Shown here piece after piece: positions 59,622 through 64,000 of a DNA stretch of 64,000 nt (position 1 is the stretch's first letter; each line of letters starts with the position of its first letter). The notes under the pieces are model-generated. The model worked only from the letters and a program-made list of their open reading frames with translations. It was not told the DNA's origin and made no database searches. The translations under genes were made by a program, and so were the position numbers. The stretch lies in assembly GCA_963841435.1 (NCBI GenBank), contig CAWJCS010000006.1, forward strand, positions 1,728,001 through 1,792,000. Direction: 5' to 3'. This DNA comes from an uncultured delta proteobacterium (GTDB lineage Bacteria; Myxococcota_A; Polyangia; Polyangiales; Polyangiaceae).

Positions 59622-60809
59622 TCAACCCGCAATGCTGGCGCGCGCGATGCGGACCTGAATCGCCAGCGCGAAGGCGGTGAGCGCCTCCGTGGGCGACACC
59701 GCCCGTCCGCTGCGCGCGTCGCGGGCCAGCGCGCGAAACTCGAGGTAACGGCGCCCGTCGATGCCGAGCACGAGCGCCACCGTCGCCGGGTCGCGCGGGG
59801 CGTCGTTGGTCCCGAGTGCGGCCGCCGCGCCGGCGAGCGAGCGCGCCACGAGCGCTTCACAGGCCCTGAGCGCGAAGGCCGGGTCACCGGCACTGAGCGC
59901 CGCCTCGAGCTCGCGAACCTGAGGACGCTCCCCGACGGGCCAGAGTAGCTCGAAGCCGATGGCGCCCGCCGGCGGCGCGCTCTCGACGCGCGCCGGGCGC
60001 TCCGGCAGGGGTGAGCGCCGTACCTCGCCGAGCGCGGCGCGCGCCGCGGCTTCGCCGGCATCGGCGTCCGGCAGCTGCGAGAGCCGAAGCTCGGCGGCCG
60101 TGGACCGCGCTTCCGGCGCGGCCCGGTCTTCGCTGCGCCGGTCGAGCTCCGCGCCCCGAAGCGCCTCCGCCATGCCGCCCTCGGCGGACGCGAGCGTCGC
60201 GACGAGCCCGGCGGTCACCTCGGGCATGCGGGTCTCGAAGTCGTCGAGCACGGCGCGCGTCACCGCCTCCAGCGCCTCGTACACGCCCTCGCCTTTGGTG
60301 GCGATGCCCGCGAACGACGGTGCGCGCTCCGCGTTCAGCTGCTGCTCGAGGTCCCGGATCGACATCGCGTCGATGAGGTCGCGCTTGTTGAAGACCACGA
60401 CGTGGGGCAAGAGCGAGAGCTCGCGTCCGTGCGCCTCGAGGTTTTCTCGCAGATTTTGCAGGCTTTCGAGGTTGGCGTCGCTGCGCCCGAGCTGCGAATC
60501 GAACACCAAAACCAGGCCGTCGACACCCGTGAGCACGAGCTTGCGCGTGGCGTTGTAATAGACCTGGCCCGGCACCGTGAAGAGCTGGAGCCGAACGCTC
60601 ATGCCGCGCACGCTGGGCAGGCGGAGCGGCAAGAAGTCGAAGTACAGCGTGCGATCGACGGGCGTCGCCAGGCTGACGAGCTTGCCGCGGTGGTCGGGGC
60701 GCGCGGTCGCGTGAATGTGCTCGAGGTTGGTCGTCTTGCCGCCGAGGCCGGGCCCGTAATAGACGATCTTGAAGATGACCTCGCGGGCGAGCGGGTTGAC
60801 GACGGGCAT
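59622..60809 (-). CDS. MglA-family small GTPase with an extension of about 200 aa
   Basis: KIVYYGPGLGGKTTNL, DRTLYFDFLP, TVPGQVYY and NKRD. Confidence 0.9.
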   Translation of the reverse strand: MPVVNPLAREVIFKIVYYGPGLGGKTTNLEHIHATARPDHRGKLVSLATPVDRTLYFDFLPLRLPSVRGMSVRLQLFTVPGQVYYNATRKLVLTGVDGLVLVFDSQLGRSDANLESLQNLRENLEAHGRELSLLPHVVVFNKRDLIDAMSIRDLEQQLNAERAPSFAGIATKGEGVYEALEAVTRAVLDDFETRMPEVTAGLVATLASAEGGMAEALRGAELDRRSEDRAAPEARSTAAELRLSQLPDADAGEAAARAALGEVRRSPLPERPARVESAPPAGAIGFELLWPVGERPQVRELEAALSAGDPAFALRACEALVARSLAGAAAALGTNDAPRDPATVALVLGIDGRRYLEFRALARDARSGRAVSPTEALTAFALAIQVRIARASIAG

Positions 60810-60826
60810 GACGGGCTCGAACGATA

Positions 60827-61661
60827 CTACTCGCTCATCTGTTCGAACGCGCGGATCGACTGCCACGCGGTCGACCGCATCGAAAGTGCCACGGACGCGA
60901 CGCTGGCGACGATCCCGAGCGCGGCGAGCACCGTGACGAGGCGAGTGAGCCGCAGGCTGGCGCGCTCCCGGTAGAGCAGAAAGCCGAGCAGAATGCCGGC
61001 CGCGAACCCGCCGAGGTGCGCGGCGGTATTCACGCTGAGCAAGAACGCGAGCAAGAGCGCGTAGATGAGGTAGCGCACGAGCGCGCGCCGCCACTCGGGA
61101 TCTCGCCGCGCATACAGAATGCCGACGACGGCGCCAATCTCGCCGAACACTCCGCCGCTCGCACCCGCCGTCAGTGGCTCCACGGGGGCGTACCACCACT
61201 GACTTGCCACGAAGCCGAGGATGCCGCTCCCGAGGAACACCAGCACGAAGCGGGCGCTGCCGAGCTCCGCCTCGATTCTGGCGACCGAGGTCGAAGAAGA
61301 CCAGCATGTTCATGCCGACGTGAAGGATCCCCGCGTGAACGAAGACGGCCGAAAGCAGCCGGAACGGCTCGGCCTCCCCCAGGGGTCCGTAGAGCGCGCC
61401 GAAGCGGACCATCGTGGAAAAACGAAAGGCATCGGTGAGGCCGAGCGGTAGACGCCGGTCGGCCACGACGCAGAGCGCAAAAGCGACCAGCTCGAGCGCG
61501 GTGATGAGGCGCGTCATCGGCGCCTCGCGGCCGAGCGCGTCGCCGATCATGCGCCTCAGCGCTTCCTCGGCGGGGCCCGGCAGCCGCCGGCCGCAGCGGT
61601 GGCAGCGGTTCTCGCTCACGCTATTGAGCTCGCGGCAGTGGGGGCAGACGCGGGCAGCCAT
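60827..61661 (-). CDS. Rhomboid intramembrane serine protease with an N-terminal C4 zinc ribbon, with a +1 indel near 61277
   Basis: CPHC..CHRC, FRLLSAVFVHAGILHVGMN, GASG and AHLGG. Confidence 0.88.
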
Positions 61662-61969
61662 CGGCGCCGCCTTCGTAACACTACTCAGCCGGTCTTTGGC
61701 ACGAGCAGATCTCGATCCGCCCAAGTCGGCACGAGCTCGGTCAAAAAACCTCCAAAGGTCTGCCTCGACCGGGTCTCGGCGCGCATTCCCCCGTAAGCGC
61801 CGGGGCGTTCGCCCGTTATGCCCTCGTGCTGGCCTTCGCCTCGCTCGGTCTCTCGCCCGCCACGGACGGCGTGGCGACCGCCTGGCCGCGGGCGGCCCCC
61901 CCGCGGACCGCGTCCGAGCCCCCTCAGACTGCCGCGAGCGAGCAAAGGCGGCCTGCTAGAGTGCCGCGT

Positions 61970-62560
61970 GTGTTCGACGCGGCCGAGCTCGAGGGCGAGC
62001 GCGAGCTCTGTGAGCGGGCGCGGGGTGGCGACCGGGACGCTCTGGGTTGACTGCTCGGGGCGCACGGGCCGCGCCTCTACCGGAGCGTGCTCCTGCCGCG
62101 CCTCGGCAATGCAGCGCTCGCGGAAGAAGCGCTCTCGGTGACCTACCTGAAGGTCGTCGAGCGCATCGAGCGTTTCGAGTGGCAGGGCGTCGGAGTGTAT
62201 CCGTGGCTGCGTGTCGTGGCGTTGCGTGTGGCGCTCGACCAGCTGCGTTCCCGCAAGCGCGAGCGGCTCTTCGACGCCGCCGATTTGGAGCGTGAGATCG
62301 ACCATGCCGAACGCGAGACACGCGACGCCGCGGCGTTGGAGGCGCAAGACCTCGCGTTGTCGCGGGCGCGCGTGATCGGCCTGCTCGACCGCATCAATCC
62401 GCGCTACGCGCAGGCCATCCGCTTGCGCGTGCTCGACGAGCGGCCGCGCCACGAGGCCGCAGCCGAGCTCGGCGTCGCCGTCGGCACGTTCGACGTGGTA
62501 CTGCATCGCGCGATGGCGGCGCTCAGGAAGGTCCTTGCGAGCGAAGAGGAGCAGCCGTGA
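61970..62560 (+). CDS. ECF sigma factor, with an in-frame TGA at 62048-62050
   Basis: RARGGDRDALG*LL, WLRVVA.RVALDQLR, LDRINPRY..AI.LR and AAELGV..GT....LHRA. Confidence 0.82.
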
Positions 62561-63192
62561 CCGACCGCCCGCAGGATCGACCGGAGAACGAGCCCTTCGA
62601 GGCGCTCGATCCCCGCGTCGAGACGGAGCTCGCCGAGGCGCTGCGCGCCGCGTACGCACCCGCGCCCCTTTCGAGCGAGCGCCACCGGCAGATCGTCGCC
62701 AACGCGCTCGAGGATCCGCTGGCGCCCCCCAGCGCGGACGAGCTCGCCGAGAGCGCCCGACTGCGCGCCGCCCTCGATAGCGGCGACGAAACCCACCCCG
62801 ACGTCGCCCTTGCGGCCGCGCTCAAGAGCGCCAGCGCACCGGCTCCGGTCGACGCCGCCGCGGTCGCGCGGGCCCGTGAGAGGCTCACCGGGCACGCCAC
62901 GCCCGGGCGGGTGATCTACGTGGCGTTCGGCGGCCTCGCGCTCGCGGCGGCCGCGGCGTTCGCGCTCGTCATGATGCGCCCGCAAACCGCCTCCGAGCTC
63001 GCCGGCGCCAAGCCCGGGGCTGCGCTCGAGCAGGCGGCCGGAGCGCCCCTCATGGCACGCTCGCGCACGACGGACGCGCTGTTCAGCGAGCGGTTCGAGC
63101 CCGGGAAGACCACGAGCCGCGTCGATCGCATCGCGCTCGCCCGCGCGCACGAGCTGCGGGAAAACCGCTATGTGGCCTGGGGGGTGCGGTGA
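62557..63192 (+). CDS. Putative anti-sigma-like single-pass membrane protein
   Basis: GTGA overlap with the sigma gene; TM GGLALAAAAAFALV. Confidence 0.55.
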   Translation: MTDRPQDRPENEPFEALDPRVETELAEALRAAYAPAPLSSERHRQIVANALEDPLAPPSADELAESARLRAALDSGDETHPDVALAAALKSASAPAPVDAAAVARARERLTGHATPGRVIYVAFGGLALAAAAAFALVMMRPQTASELAGAKPGAALEQAAGAPLMARSRTTDALFSERFEPGKTTSRVDRIALARAHELRENRYVAWGVR

Positions 63193-63749
63193 AAATCGGG
63201 CTCGTCGCCCTTGGTTGCGTGCTCGCGTTTGGCCCGCTCGGCTGCTCGCGGCAACCGCGCGAGGGCGACTGCCCGGAGCTCGACGGAGGCGCCCCCGTCG
63301 ACCAGGCACTGCTCGCGTTTCTGAGCCGCGCGCGGGCCGCGCACCATCGCGCGGACCAGCGCGAGGACGCGGGCGACATCGCGCAGGCCGTCGCCGAGCT
63401 CGACGCGTTGGTCGGGGGTCCCCTGCTCGCGGGACGCAAGGCGCCGGAGGTGAACGAGGTGCTCGCCGACACGCGCGCCCGCCTTGCCGACCTGAGAAGC
63501 CGCCAGGGTGCGTTCAATCGGGCCGAAGCCGACGTGAAGTCCGGGCTCGCCCTGCTCGAAGGGCCGAGCTATTTCCAGGGGCACCTCTTCGAGGTGCAGG
63601 GGCTCCTCGAGGAACGGCGCGCCAAGGCCCTTGCCGGGAGCGGGGACACCGCGGGCGCCGAGCATGCCAAGGAGCGCGCCCTCGCGGCGTTCCAGAAGGC
63701 CATGGAAGTGCAGGCAACCGTGATCGAGCGTGCCACCGGCGCCCAGTGA
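63189..63749 (+). CDS. Helical/TPR-like lipoprotein
   Basis: GPLGC lipobox; GTGA overlap. Confidence 0.65.
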   Translation: MKIGLVALGCVLAFGPLGCSRQPREGDCPELDGGAPVDQALLAFLSRARAAHHRADQREDAGDIAQAVAELDALVGGPLLAGRKAPEVNEVLADTRARLADLRSRQGAFNRAEADVKSGLALLEGPSYFQGHLFEVQGLLEERRAKALAGSGDTAGAEHAKERALAAFQKAMEVQATVIERATGAQ

Positions 63750-63855
63750 GCCCGGACCTGCGGGGACGCACCTCGAACGCCGCCCCCGTGGGAAAATGGG
63801 CTGAAAGGGCCCGGGCATTCGCGAACCGTCGGCGCTTCCGTTAGAATCGAACGGG

Positions 63856-64000
63856 GTGGCTACCGCAGACAAGGACTTTCGATTGCGCGTGACCCCGGGT
63901 GTCGATGTTAGGGCGCTGCCGATCACGCCCGAGGACGCGTTCGTGCTGTCGCGACTCGACGGGTCGGCCACGGAGGCGGACATCGCGCTTGCCACGGGCC
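63856..64000 (+). CDS. Partial CDS with a myxobacterial-type N-terminal motif often seen on J-domain/TPR proteins
   Basis: MATADK...LPITPEDAFVLSRLDG..TEADIALATG; open to the window end. Confidence 0.55.
   Translation, partial: MATADKDFRLRVTPGVDVRALPITPEDAFVLSRLDGSATEADIALATG

Noticed and set aside
59622-61724. 700-aa rhomboid-MglA fusion in the ORF track
   Set aside because: Produced by the indel near 61277; the corrected rhomboid stops at 60827 and the GTPase has its own ATG at 60809
42834-62050. Stop-codon reassignment (Pyl, Sec or an alternative code) suggested by the in-frame TAG and TGA
   Set aside because: TAG and TGA end many genes here at the expected positions (rlmH, TolC, carA, tatC). 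The two cases involve different codons, and the window has many other apparent sequence errors

Overview
GC-rich chromosomal window that looks like a myxobacterium (Polyangiaceae/Sorangiineae-like). This assignment is inferred from an MglA-family GTPase, AgmK-type giant TPR proteins, PEGA proteins and many Cys/Gly-rich lipoproteins. It holds about 57 CDS and one tRNA-Leu(CAG). I found no mobile element, prophage or CRISPR array. Housekeeping genes include an ispB-like synthase, a DEAD-box helicase, ccmC/ccmD, tatBC, rlmH-rsfS-proA, pyrC-carA-rimO, a hemY-like oxidase and an XPB-DUF790 pair. The most interesting region is a type IV pilin island (48.8-57.8 kb). It has PilR, four paralogous pilins that share a C-terminal DxDx(D/N)G-like loop, a PilG/XapA-like TPR protein and two GT-C-type membrane proteins (one TMTC-like, one YfhO-like). 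A sigma54 promoter, tandem enhancer sites and a terminator can be read there directly. Several probable pseudo-enzymes also occur: two dead zincin-like domains, a stand-alone degenerate DnaB motor domain, and an MglA fused to a HEPN-like tail. Many genes have a -10 box 5-8 nt before the start codon, suggesting leaderless mRNAs. Ten single-base indels (mostly an extra A) and two in-frame stops break otherwise intact genes and are most likely assembly errors. All family assignments come from motif recognition by eye; no database search was run.
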